Source of the DNA: Takakia lepidozioides
Taxonomy: Eukaryota > Plantae > Bryophyta
Reading direction: 5' to 3'
DNA: 64,000 nucleotides
NCBI GenBank assembly: GCA_030704615.1
Contig: CM060734.1
Coordinates: forward strand, 62,186,001-62,250,000
The notes under the pieces were generated by a model that made no database searches, was not told the origin of the DNA, and worked only from the letters and a program-made list of their open reading frames with translations. Shown here piece by piece: positions 1 through 11,943 of this stretch (the stretch's first letter is position 1; the number at the start of each line of letters is the position of its first letter). The position numbers were made by a program, and so were the translations under genes.

Positions 1-80
1 GACACAGCTTCACACATCCCGACACAGCTTTACACAGCCAGTCACAGCTCGGCACAGCTTGACACAACCTGTCACAGTAC
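1..80. repeat. Degenerate ~11-bp tandem repeat (core GACACAGC/TCACAGC)
   Basis: Recurrent cacagc units; the same type of repeat occurs at ~7840-7950 downstream of the integrase. Confidence 0.7.
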
Positions 81-589
81 ATGGGGAACAATTATCATTG
101 ACAGGAAACAACTGTGTGGGAACGACATCTGTAGAGGGAACGTGTTACTTTAGGGGTGACGGTTAGTTAGTTAGGTGATTAGAACAACTTGCGGGTAGAT
201 TAGGCAGAGTGGCAACATGAAGGGGATCACTTCTTGAGGAGGGCGACTTGTTCAGGGGAGGAGGAGACGTAATGGTGAGCGGAAACAGTGAAGAGGAGAT
301 GATGACTTGAATGAGGCTTAGTTCATGCAAGCTGTAAAATTATACAGTAGGGTAGAGTAGAGACACCATGGCTTAGGCATGATACATGATTAATCTTAAT
401 TTGATACTAAAACGATACAAACATATTGTGTAGAGAGACACGAGAGAAGCTATGGAATGAATGCATGATTAATTGGAACTTAGTAGATACTGAAGCAATC
501 TGATGTATACACAGTAAAGTAAATTGATAACATGAAGGCAGGAAAGAATACAAATAGGAAGCACAACCATGATTCACTAGCTGCAGGTC

Positions 590-1285
590 ATGACTGATTG
601 TTCTGAGCGGGCTGAGTGCTTAGAGATATCCAACTCTTCTATCTTGGAGTTTCCACCTCGGATAGCGAAGGGATGGGTGAGTAAAAGCCGCTCGACATTT
701 GGCGACCATACTGGGGAACTGGGTCATGAACAACCAGATGTGACAGGCATCTGGTGGGATCATGGTGGTTGGAGAATTAAAGAATTTGATGTGAATCAAA
801 TTCCGTGTAGAACTGAGAAGGAAAGATTGTCCAAACAATTCTTTCAGAGGTTTTTGGAATTGCCTGACGGTTGTAAGGAAAACATTCTTAAGAGAGTACA
901 TGATGCTGATCCTGAGTGGGGTCTGGAGAAAGGGGTGATAAAGATTTATCAGGTGGCCTGTAAACGAAGAGCTATTTGGTTACCAACACTGGTTTATGTG
1001 ATAGCATTGCTATCCATTAAGCGAGTAGAGTTTGAAGGGTGGGAGGAAAGGAAGGTGAATGTTTATATTCATATGCATGAGGAGCTTGTACTGGTAAAGA
1101 ATTGGATTCCAAAGGATATTTTGTGGATCAAACTCACACCAAGAACAGCTTTTCAGACTTGTTTGCCATATGGTTATATGGTAACGGAGACTTCTAGTAT
1201 AGCCAAGGGTGCATTGAAGCTTGAAAGAAACCCAGGCATATACGAGAGATACTACAAAAGAGAGTTTTGGTTATTGCCACATTAA
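590..1285 (+). CDS. Unknown 231-aa ORF upstream of gag; possible extra ORF of a Tat/Ogre-like Gypsy element
   Basis: Uninterrupted ORF on the same strand as, and just 5' of, the gag remnant; no recognisable motif. Confidence 0.35.
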   Translation: MTDCSERAECLEISNSSILEFPPRIAKGWVSKSRSTFGDHTGELGHEQPDVTGIWWDHGGWRIKEFDVNQIPCRTEKERLSKQFFQRFLELPDGCKENILKRVHDADPEWGLEKGVIKIYQVACKRRAIWLPTLVYVIALLSIKRVEFEGWEERKVNVYIHMHEELVLVKNWIPKDILWIKLTPRTAFQTCLPYGYMVTETSSIAKGALKLERNPGIYERYYKREFWLLPH

Positions 1286-1476
1286 AGAAATGAAAGACAT
1301 GGGACATGAGTGATGAAAGAGAAGCTAGACTCCAAAGATATTCAGCAAAAAGAGAAAGTTATCTGAAAGCTAATTATCCATATCATTGGGAGAGAGGAAT
1401 AGACATAGGGGAATCATCTGGACCTCTCACACCATTAAGATCAGAGAGTACATCACCCATAGCGGAATAACCAGAG

Positions 1477-2300
1477 TTGGATGCCACTCCTTCTTTTTCT
1501 TTGCAAGAAAGGTTAAGGGAATTGGTACAGGAAGAAGATCAACCTCGAGGTGAAAGATCTGAGGTACATCCCTGGATAAAAGATTTGACAGAAATCTTTG
1601 ATAAGAGTTGGCATGGAACACCAAAAGCAGGAACTCCAGTTTCTGAAACAGAAGATGAAGAAGGAGGACAACGAAGAGTTCAAACTCTCCAACACCATTG
1701 CAATTGAGTTACATGAGTGAAGAAGAAGAAACCCAAGGGTAGAACTTGGAAGATGAAAACAGGGAGAAGAAATTGGAAGATGAAGAGTATGAAGAAGTAG
1801 ACCCAACAGCTGAGGTTGAGACTACAACCAGGACATCCCAACCCGTTGGACCTGGATCAAGTGGAGCACTTGGATCACATGCCAATGAAGGTGTCGGCTC
1901 AGGGGGATCAGGCGGGCAGCCTGGATCTGGCTCTTGGGGGACAGGGAGTGTGGGAAGTAGTGCAACTGGAGCTGGGAATACTGTGAATATAATGAGGCTA
2001 GTAGCAGGGAGTGCTCAGGGGCCAGCACTTGGTGGAAGTTCCACCACAACTACCACAAGTCCTCAAGGACCAGCACCAGCAAGGGGGCAAACACCTGTCA
2101 GTGGGCAGGGGGTAGGGCCATAGATGACGTTACAACCAACACGGGCAAAACCACATTTTCCAATATATTCAGGAAAAGAGGATCCTGATGTACACATTAG
2201 CCAATTTGAGCACATGTGTATTGTGAACAATGAGAATGGCGATGATGCCAAGATGAGACTGTTTCCTTGTTCACTTATAAAGAAAGCAAGTGAATGGTAT
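1477..2300 (+). mobile_element. Gypsy LTR-retrotransposon gag remnant (degenerate, truncated at ~2300)
   Basis: PIYSGKEDPDVHISQFEHMC...DDAKMRLFPCSL..KASEWY matches the Retrotrans_gag N-terminus; preceded by a Gly/Ser-rich low-complexity region with stops. Confidence 0.75.
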
Positions 2301-3239
2301 TATGACTGCATATATGACTATTTTTTCAGTCCTATATGCGTTCATGACTATATCACTCTGCAGTGAAAAAAGCCCTGTCATAGCGACTAGTCTTTAGGAC
2401 TGCATTTTGCAAGTCATAGCCATGACTGCGTGCGTGGCACATGGAGTCATGTTGTAGAGAGGATGTAGTCACAACTATATGATTTATATATGACTAACTA
2501 TATGACTACATCTCTACAAAGTATAACTCCATTGGAGAGGCGTCAGAGAGACATATGTAGCACTCCGGATGTGACACGTGCCCACATGGACAACATATAT
2601 GACCCACACGTGGGAAAGAATATCGTATCATATAATGCCACGTTGCCATGATGTAGTCATAAGTATATAACTTCATGACTAAAGAGGTTTTTTAATAATA
2701 ATTTAATTTAATAAATTAAATCATACAATTATAATATTTAGATTATTAATTGATTTAAATTCTCATTAGGTTTCTAAGAAAATAGAATGGAAGCCATTGT
2801 TGTCTTTTTTTATTATTTTTATTTTTGTTAACAAAGAGGGACAGTGGGGGACAGTGGCCTCTAGAACTTTATAGGTAATGGACATAAAATGTCCTTGGAT
2901 ACAAAGAGGAAAAATAACCTCTGGATAGAGTGCCATAGAGGCTGAAAGAAGAAGACACAGCTTCGCGTACCAAGACAAGAAAGAGTAGTAAGAAGGAAGG
3001 CAAGCAAAGAAGGGGGTCTGCATAGAGCTAAAGAGTCTAGCAGGAAAAGAGACTGCAGCCAGAAACTACTGCCATAACTTGGAAACAGAAAGGCACCGAG
3101 CTAAGGAGAAGAACTGAAAATCAGCTAACAATGTCATAAGAAAGCTGGGCCCTAGGCCTAGCCTTCCACTTCCTAAAAGATCTACAGATGGAGAGACATC
3201 CCTGTAGGGGTCGTGCTCTTCAGCTCAAGACCAACCAAT

Positions 3240-3400
3240 TGATCATCTATCCATGCAGGTTTCTTGTAGCTATCCTTCCACAGGGAATCATATGTAATCT
3301 GGAGATTGAAATCCGGTCCTCTTGGATGAATCTGGACCCATGCACTCTATCCCTGCTCCTTCAGCTATCCATGCCTCTGCACAAATCATGTATATATGTA
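3240..3400 (-). pseudogene. Fragment of the PDF-motif exon and upstream intron from the PDF-PPR-DYW family
   Basis: Reverse complement aligns by eye with 28040-28195 (VQIHPRGPDF...DSLW...YKKPAW). Confidence 0.75.
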
Positions 3401-3416
3401 TCATGTATCAGAGGAG

Positions 3417-3419
<3 letters not shown>

Positions 3420-3451
<32 letters not shown>
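3420..3451. repeat. (GA)n microsatellite
   Basis: Directly visible; a second, imperfect (GA)n run is at ~5027-5059. Confidence 0.95.
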
Positions 3452-3455
<4 letters not shown>

Positions 3456-5059
3456 TTACCATGTCATATTCCCAATCTCTGGGGGGAGCTTAAGAATACA
3501 GTTCGTAATCAAAAAAGCCCTTTAAAAATACTGGCTTGGTAATTCTTGGGTTCAAATAGCTTAAACAAGTATGTTGTAAGCTCAACAGGTCTTTGAGAAA
3601 ACCATTCCAGCAGGCCTAAGAGTAAGAGCTTTGATGAAAACAATTCCCTATTACAGCTTTAAAGGACTTGTATGTTCCTAAAAGCACAAGCTGAACTGAT
3701 TGTACTTCCATAAGTAGATGTAGGGCTATGGTATGTATCCCAGGGCCTTATCCAGTCACTCTGCCAAGTTTTAGAGAGATCCTCAAAAATACTAGTCTAT
3801 AATCAAGTTATAATCTCCATGTGGGAGCCTGAAAGAATGTATGTGTTCTTAAAAAGGCTTACCCAATGCCTTACTTAATACATTCTAAACTGGTGAGGCA
3901 TAAACAACACTGTCTGACTCTCCAAAAGGCCAGAAAACAGGTCTGGAAAAATGCATCCAATGTCACACTTGCATCACCAAACCCTTGTCATCACAACCAG
4001 CCCGAACCTTCACAATAAGGTCTGATTTGTAGGAGGCCCAGCTCATTTACTTCCCTGACTTAACAGATTTGGTTACCAAGAACCAGAAATCAAAGTAAAG
4101 GTTTAAGGCATATCCCCCTTGAAGCAGAAAATTGCAACAATGGCAGCTTGCATCATATCTTATCCCTCCTGCAGTAACCAGATCATCTGCAAGCCAAAAG
4201 AGTTCATGCCAAGTGAAATCCCTCACCTGCGCCCGTCCCAAAAACAAACACAAAAAATGTTTTGTGCGTTAGTGAGGATGCGCGAGGTGAATTACAGGAT
4301 TTCACAGTTGCTATCCATGTCAGGTATGAGCCATAAAGCATGCAAAGATCACAGAACCAGCAGAAGAAAGCATAGATGTGACACCACAAAGAACCTCAAT
4401 CTTTTGTGGAGTAGGACGCTGCAGTGTACATCATCTGAATTTGAACGAGCACAACAAAATGCAACGGGAGGAGAGTTGAGGACAGGTTGTATCTTGTAAT
4501 ACAGGCCGCTTCCCCACCTCCATAACCGCCGCTGCTTCATCAATGAGGAAAAAATGTAGGCAAACATAACAGTATGTCATTTGCCATCGCGGGAGATGAA
4601 AGTGTCTGCCGTCATCGCACGTTCAAAAAACAAGAACACACCCGTTCGGATCTTGCTGCTCAGGCATTCAGCCGCCATCGAGCATTCGTCCGCCATCGCC
4701 CTCTTCCAGAGAAAAAAAACACGCACGATATCGTGCTGTGTCTAGGGCAGAAAGACACTTAAAGGAAAACCACCCGCGATTTCATCCACCATCCGGTATG
4801 GATGGTATCAGACCAGGATGAAAAATGGGCATTCAATAGGTTTAAATCAAGGGAGCATAAACCTAAAATGCATTGAAATGCATATCTGCCTATAAATCAT
4901 CCAGTTATGGTTATAACAGAAATTTCATTCAGTATGGATGAAACCTTAAAAATTGGGATTAAAAATATATAGTATTTCCAAAATAAGTATTATGGAAAAA
5001 AATTGATAATCCCAAACAAGTAGTTGGAGAGAGGGAGAGAGAGGGAGAGAGAGAGAGAG

Positions 5060-6290
5060 TCACCGGGGAAGGTGGTCATCATGGTACTCCAAGACACCAC
5101 ATCTTGTTCAGCCATGTTGTTGAACACTCCCTTTGCATCTTTGCTACACCTACATTTGGCATACATATTGTCCACCAGGGGAGTGTTCAAAATGACATCT
5201 GGTAATCTGACAGGTATTCACATTTTTGCCTTGGTTGTCCCACCATTGACTGGGGTCAGAAAAGTATTCATTCCAAAGCTTCTCCTCATCTCTGTTACCT
5301 CTTTTGGATACTTTCCTGTTGTCACATTGGCAATATCATATCAAAGTCACTCCAAACTATCCCAGGTTCACTAAACCAACTAACTTGCAGAATTCAACAT
5401 GGAAATTTAGGGCTGATTCTGATAAGAGGGAAAAACAGGGTGAAATGTGTTGAAAAACGTGCTTTCATTAGCAGACCATTTTCTCATTAGCAGATTTCTT
5501 GTAGCTATTGATCCACGGGGAATCAGAACTAATCTTGTGTTTGAAATCCGGCCCTCTTGGATGAACCTGGACCTCTATCCCTGGTCCTTTAGCTACCCCT
5601 GTCTGTGTACAAATCATGAATACTTGTTGCTAGAAGCTGACACTGACGGCGTGAAGTTCTTCCAGCAAACCCCAACCCTAATTATTACAGTAGTTCTAAT
5701 TCTAAATTGCATCTACTTCTCTCTAGTGTAGTCCAACATGCATTCACCTTTTTGTCTCCATTGTCTCACCATTGACTGGGGTCGGAAAAGTGTTCATTCC
5801 AAAGCTTCTCCTCATCTCTATTACCTGTTTTTGGATACTTTCATGCTGCCAAACAAAGCAAAACAGGCTGAAATAGGTCAAAGAAGAAGGTATCCTCACC
5901 ACATTGTCCTTTACCTTGTATCATGACCCATAGAGGATTTGACCGACCATCAGCCCAAAAGGACCCCTTGTGTGTGCTGCTTGTATCTGTAGTCAAGTAA
6001 TGTTGGATTGGTATGTGAGATCGAACCACCACGGTGCAGCTGAGCAGACAGAGATTGAAACACGGCCTGCTAAGACCAAGCTGACTCTCCCAAGAACGGC
6101 GAGCGTCTCCTCGTCTCGTCTCTCTCCCAAAAATGGCGAGCTCACAAGAATGTTGGGATCTTCTCCTCGTCTCCTCTCCTCCTCCTCTTCTCCTTCCTGC
6201 ATCATTTGCTCAAGAGTATGAAGGTCTTCAAAGCCTCCATCCCACACCCCTGCATATCCTGCGATCATCGCGTTCCATGACACAACATCA
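5060..6290 (-). pseudogene. Scrambled mosaic of PDF-PPR gene fragments (PPR S/P pieces, PDF pieces, 5' leader)
   Basis: LVDNMYAKC..KDAKGVFNNMAEQDVVSWS (5060-5200); EEKL..QW.DN-type pieces (5210-5290, 5740-5830); DVVSWNAMIAGYA (6250-6290); 5850-6100 matches 27465-27695. Confidence 0.8.
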
Positions 6291-7057
6291 AATAGATGGT
6301 GAAACGCAGGAGACAAAAAAGCCTAAGTCCCAGCCCGGTGTAAAGTTCGGCGGTGTAATCTTAAACTGTTAGATCTTAAACAATCTAGACCGTTAGATCC
6401 TGTAAAATCTAACGATTCAAAATAATTTCCATCACATGATCTAACCTTATACAACCACGTATTTTAATCTCATATATCTTGCGATCCTTGTTAAGCCACG
6501 TCCATCCAGGTCCAATTTATTGAACAGATATCAAATCGACACACCGTATAGGTGGATGGATGAACCCATCCATTGAATGAATTCATTAATGTATATGCCT
6601 TTTAAATGACATGTGTAGTGATGTAGTCATATATATAGAGTTATGAAACAATTTGCAGTTAGGGACTCATAAGTTTACATGCCATGTCATCGATGGATAA
6701 ACTCATCCAATGGATGAATACATTCATGTATGTGCTTTCAAAATGACACGTGTAGGGATGTAGTCGTATAAATAGAGCTGTAAAACCATCTTCAGTCATG
6801 GAGTCACAAGATTCCATGAAACGTCGTCCACGTCTAGTCAAACATATCACACTAGTCATAAAACCATCCTTGTCATCATGGTCAACAATGTTTGACCAAT
6901 GCTCCCTAATTTTCCGGAGTCATGTAGTGATATCCATTACTATAAAGTGATAAAACTATGACTGCAACGCATTTCAGCGCTCTGTAGTCGTATACCTAGT
7001 GCCGTTTTTATGACTCCGCCAAATCCGTAGTCCTAAAAACGCTCATCTCTTGTAGTG

Positions 7058-7700
7058 TCACTTCATTAATGAGACCATAGAACTATTGACTAAAGAGTTC
7101 ATGATTGTGCATAGGAAGAGTACAACTTATTACCCACAGGGTAATGGGCAGGCAGAGGCTACCAACAAAATACTATATACTATCTTGGCTAAGATAGTCA
7201 ATGCAAACAGAACAGATTGGGATACAAAGCAGCTGACAGCTTTGTGGTCATACGGGACTTCATATAAAGTCACCACTAAGTATACACCATTCCAATTAGT
7301 TTATGGTATGGAAGTTTTACTTCCAGTGGAATTCTTGTTACCTACCATGAGAACTGAATGGGGAAGGAGAATGGAATTGGAAGATTCAATTAAGGTCAAG
7401 AAACATGAATTATACCATGTGGAAGAAGTACGTGCTGATGCAGCTGATAACATGACCAGAATTCAGATGAAGAGGAAGGATCAGTTTGATGAAGGTAAAT
7501 TAAAAACTTTTAAGATAGGAGATTTGGTTCTGTGGTTGCAGAAGAAGGGAAGATGAAAGCTTCTAAGCTTAAATCACCATGGAAAGAACCTTATGTCATA
7601 CAGAAGATGTATGATAATAACACCGCCATGTTACAAACCATTAACAAAGAAATGCTGGGGAGAGTCAATGCCAATAAGTTGAAGGGATACAATGGTATCC
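7058..7700 (+). mobile_element. Gypsy integrase core C-terminal part plus GPY/F region (frameshifted)
   Basis: HFINE...STTYYPQGNGQAEATNK...DWD..L..ALWSY.TSYK.TTKYTPFQLVYG, then KLKSPWKEPYVI...RVNANKLK. Confidence 0.9.
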
Positions 7701-7839
7701 ATGACAAACCATTGCAGCACGATTTGCATGTTGAAACACAAAAGCAGTCACGAGCTGCGCCAGTGATACCAACGGAGTATGGAGCACTTGTCGCTAAGCC
7801 GAGTGTGTATGACCAGGGCGGGAAGTACATGTGTTCGCA

Positions 7840-7955
7840 TAGCTATCACAGCCCATCACAGCGTGACACGGCCTATCACAGCCCATCACAGTGTCACACA
7901 GCCTATCACAGTTCACCATAGTTAGACAGAGCCTGTCACAGCCCAACACAGCCCA
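7840..7955. repeat. CACAGC-rich ~11-bp tandem repeat
   Basis: tatcacagcccatcacag units repeated; similar to 1-80. Confidence 0.7.
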
Positions 7956-8770
7956 TGCGGGTTACACAGTCCATTGGATCAGTGACAGGTGGACGCGGGT
8001 TAACGTCAGAAAAGTGGCCGTCAAGTGAAGAAGAAGTTTGGAAGTCAAACTCGGAGAATATGCCACGCAGAGAGGGGAAGTCGGGGGCATGTCTAAAAAC
8101 GGACACGTGGCCACTAAGGCGAAGCACACCGCAATGCATTGATTGCAAGAGTGGGTCTCATCATGCAAGAAGACAAATCGGGCCATCAAAGTACCTACCC
8201 GGTACATCAGCTAAAACTAATTGTGGGCCCATTAATGCATTTAGGGCAGGGGTAACAGAACCCTTTCCGAGTACAGTAAAGAGGGACTTATGCCACATGT
8301 GTGCTGTCCTACTGGACATTCCAGGTGGGAATGTCCACGGAGGGGGGTGGAATTAAGAAGTTACCTAAGCAGGCAACAACCAATCAGGAGTGAGAATTTC
8401 ATGCAGGTGGTTCCCTCCAAGAAACAAGAACAAGAAATTGGAAGTGTTATGAGCGGAAGAGTCGGGGTGGCTCCAAATAGCCAGTGTCTCGACGGGAGGG
8501 GCAATCAAAGCACTAGCTTTGTAGCTATGGCGGATGTAACGGATTACACGATCGCTTTACTTCTCACACAGTGGCGCAAGGACGGACGAATTGAGAGTAC
8601 ATTTTCTCTCACTCGATACTTGCAAGCCCCACAAGCTTACACGCACTTACCTATTCCATTCTGTGCCAACCATACCTTTATGCTTTGTGCCCTGCAAGTT
8701 TTCCTTCAGCTGTTTCAAACAAGGCCTTTTTGTTTGTCTAGAATGAAGAGAGTGAGGGGAATGGAGGATA

Positions 8771-9663
8771 TCAGGGTGAAGAGCACCACGATTCTGCAGG
8801 AGGAGCAGTCCCAGGCTTAAATGGATTTTCCGCGAGACCCTCCCACTCGCTTTGATTATGAACTCCAGACTGAAGAAAGTGTTTGCAATTCAAATTATTA
8901 CACCTAAGGTGTCCATTGCAAACTGTTCTCCTGAAAACAAGCTTGTCATCATTTTGAATATTGGATGTTTTTGTTCTGCACCATGGGTGCCCGTCGTGTT
9001 TCTTGTCCATTCCGTGCATCATGCTTGTTATACCTCCAACTTGCGGAGGAGGAGGTAGCTCGAATAGGATATCCCCATCAAAACTTTCAGGCAGAAACTT
9101 CATAGGCACCTGCTTCAAAGTTTCCCAATCAATTCCTCGCAACTCACTTTTGAAACCTGCCATTCCTCCCATCGCCCGTAGTTCTGGAATGACACTACAA
9201 ATGTTTTGTACATCCGCTTCCACAACTACAGAGGAAGGACAGGAGTCGAAATTTCACTTATGTCATCATCGGACAAATCCGATAGCTCAACGATTGGAGT
9301 GGAGGACGTCTGTTCTTTTTTCACCACCGCCTCTCTCTTGTCTTCAACGACTGAAGCAGCAGTCCCGGGCGTGACATACGATCCAAGGGACTTTTGCTGT
9401 GGCTCCCCAAGCACTCTGTATCTACCAGGGCGCACTCTCCACTGGCTGACATGAGTCGTCTCATCACGGTTTTGGAAAGAATATTTCAACAACTTCCCAT
9501 CCAAATCGTACACCTCTTTCTCCAAGAAGATGGAGCCATTCTGAAACTCAAACCGGGTAGCCAAGACATGTTCCAGAACAATTGCGAATCCATTGTCAAG
9601 GGCTTCCTTGGAGAACGGCACTGGTTTATCGTCAGAGAAGAACTCCGCTTCAGAGGAAGCCAT
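8771..9663 (-). pseudogene. Transposon-associated GCM/WRKY-like Zn-domain protein (frameshifted near 9225, truncated)
   Basis: DGHPWCRTKTSN...FRRTVCNGHLRCNNLNC resembles the GCM core (W-x-R-x-T-N ... C-x-G-x-x-x-C); split across two frames. Confidence 0.5.
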
Positions 9664-11001
9664 CTTGCCTCCTCTCGTACGAAGATCCCTTGCTATTGCA
9701 GCTCTTCAGTGAAATATGTTAACTGAGGTCTTCAAAACACTGTTGAAGAATGAGCACAAAATATCGCGGAGAAAGTACACAAGATGATTGTGCACATTAT
9801 GTTATTCCTTGCCTCTGTCAAGCTCTTCCAGACATGCAACCGTCCATTTTAATTACTCTTTATGTGGGCCCTGCAGATAGAGTATCCCTAGGAGCAATTT
9901 CGTTAGCTGTTAAACCTTTATTCATAACGTCATCAATTAACATAATAACCAGCCGACTTCTCAGAAGCGTGCTTGTGAGGATCTGAGGATGGGATAGCAG
10001 ATGAAGTAAATGCATCTTTATAACAGTGTCATTGATCATGTCCACCTGGAAAGTCCAAACTGTGAAACGAACGTGGGGTGGGCTTACAAGGATGAATGTG
10101 TATGATATCCAGAAATTTGTCATCAAACACTCATTCACTTACAATTATTTGTCTGAGATTGTGCGCCAGATGACCCTATATTTCATGGCATAGGCATTGT
10201 TTGAGGTTGAGCAGCCAGACCAACTAATTTTCTATTTACAATGTTATATTCATTTATAATATCTGTCGCTATTATTTTCATTTATTGAAACCCCCCCAAT
10301 AAACGACAAGCCGTTCATTTTGGGCGATACACGTCAGACATCGATAACTACATTGCACACCAACAGTTGTCCACCAATGGCTGGAAAGTGCAATAATAAG
10401 GGAATGACATTTGTGTAACGGTCGAGCGACAGAGAATCCGAAGCTTCTAGAGACAATCCCCAACGCACGCAACTCCGCAAGAAATCGAGAGTCACTTTGT
10501 CTTTCTTGTTTCCGCACTTAGAGGGAGAGAGGTAGTCAAGCTGGAGAGGGTTCCCTCTTCGATACGAAGGAGAAGGAAGTCACTTTATTTTACTTCTCGT
10601 AGAGAGAGACTCAGATCAAAAGAGCAATGACGAGGCGTCGTTTGATAGAGAACACATGGCCACGGCAGCAGGTGAACACAGAGACTGCAACACAAGAGCA
10701 AACCAAGAATGAGGCTACAGCTGTCACACAGCCAGAGGGAACAGTGAGCGTTGGAAACCAGACTGTGGAAGAAGAGATGATTCGCAAGGAAACTGAAGGA
10801 GGTGGAAGTCCGTGGATCGATGAACCGGGAGAAGGTCTACAAACCCTAGAGCAGACAGGAATTTCGACAGATGTGAAGGGGAAGAGGAAAGTTGCACAAG
10901 GGGATCCAAACTCTAAACCGAAGAAGGCGCCAGTAAGTGTTCTCCACTCTTTAATTTCCTGCTTACAGATCTACGAAGTGAGTGAGTGAAATGACCTAAA
11001 A

Positions 11002-11943
11002 AGTGATGGTCGGTACCGACCATCACTATGTACTCATGTTGATTTGCTTTGTACTCCTCTGTTTATGGTTTTCCATACCGTATGTTTGTGATTGGCGGCA
11101 CCGCCATTCACTTTTCTTTAGATCATAGAGTCAGTCTGATTGCCTTTCCAGGACTCTTTCTCTTTCATTCTGTAGCAGGAACCTGTGATTGTCGGCAATG
11201 TCATTTTCTTTCATTTCGAAACTCTCATTCTGATACAACAGAAAGTGAGTGTCGGTGCCGACAGAAACTATGATCCAGTATTGACTTACACCAAACGCAA
11301 TGTTTTCCATTCTATAATAGTGTGAGTGTCGTTAATGCCATTTGATTCTTCTCGTTAGCTTCTTGTACCTGTATGCGTGGAGAGAGAGTGATAGTTGTCA
11401 TATTCAGTCATATTGTCTTGCATTACATTTTCTCTGTTTCAGGTTGAAAAGACTAGGGAAGAGGAATGGCGGTACCGCCAATCACCTTTCTTGAGACCAT
11501 ACTGTAGCTTCATGTCTAAAAATGATTGCAAAGTACATTCGAAACAGACAAGAAATAGTGATTGTCTTTAACGATCATCAGAATGGAGTCTCTTTGATTA
11601 ACGTCAATCGCATTCCTTTGAAAACATAGACTTCTGTGCACTCACTTTTTGTTCCAACTAAAGTGAGTGTCGGTGCCGCCAATCACTATGAGATAGATTT
11701 CCTTACACCAAACCGATCTTGTAGGTCTTTCAAATGTAGTGTTTTTTTATTGTCATAAACGCCGTTCGCTAATGCTCAGAACCATTCTGTACCTGCTTGC
11801 CCAAAAACATAGTGATGGTCATGGTGTCTTGGTTTGCATTCGTCTGTATCAACTTTGTTTGTGTAGATGGTTGTGAATGTCGTTGCCGCCATTCACTTTG
11901 ATTTGAGACAAGACATACTGATTGTCGGTACCGACATTCACTA
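11002..11943. repeat. Array of ~9-12 interspersed 24-26 bp palindromes (GTGAWTGKCGGTRCCGMCAWTCAC)
   Basis: Perfect 26-bp palindrome AGTGATGGTCGGTACCGACCATCACT at 11002-11027; variants at ~11088, 11185, 11245, 11322, 11462, 11558, 11663, 11873, 11918. Confidence 0.85.

Larger units (their letters stand above)
2301..7057. mobile_element. Non-autonomous CACTA-type element (left TIR missing) carrying captured gene fragments, lying between gag and integrase
   Basis: Right end ...GCTCATCTCTTGTAGTG (7057) is the reverse complement of CACTACAAGAGATGAGC. Dense ATGACTA/TAGTCAT subterminal repeats at 2301-2690 and 6600-7040. The integrase frame resumes right after 7057. Confidence 0.6.

Noticed and set aside
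8288-8340. CCHC zinc knuckle (CHMC..TGHSRWEC)
   Set aside because: Needs a frameshift and lies 3' of the integrase; too short to assign.
8511-8520. CACTAGC as the left TIR matching the 19208 end
   Set aside because: Only 6 nt match and there is no shared 3-bp TSD (AAG versus TTT).
11002-11943. CRISPR array
   Set aside because: Repeats are degenerate, spacer lengths are very uneven, the context is eukaryotic intron and there are no cas genes; kept as a palindrome array instead.
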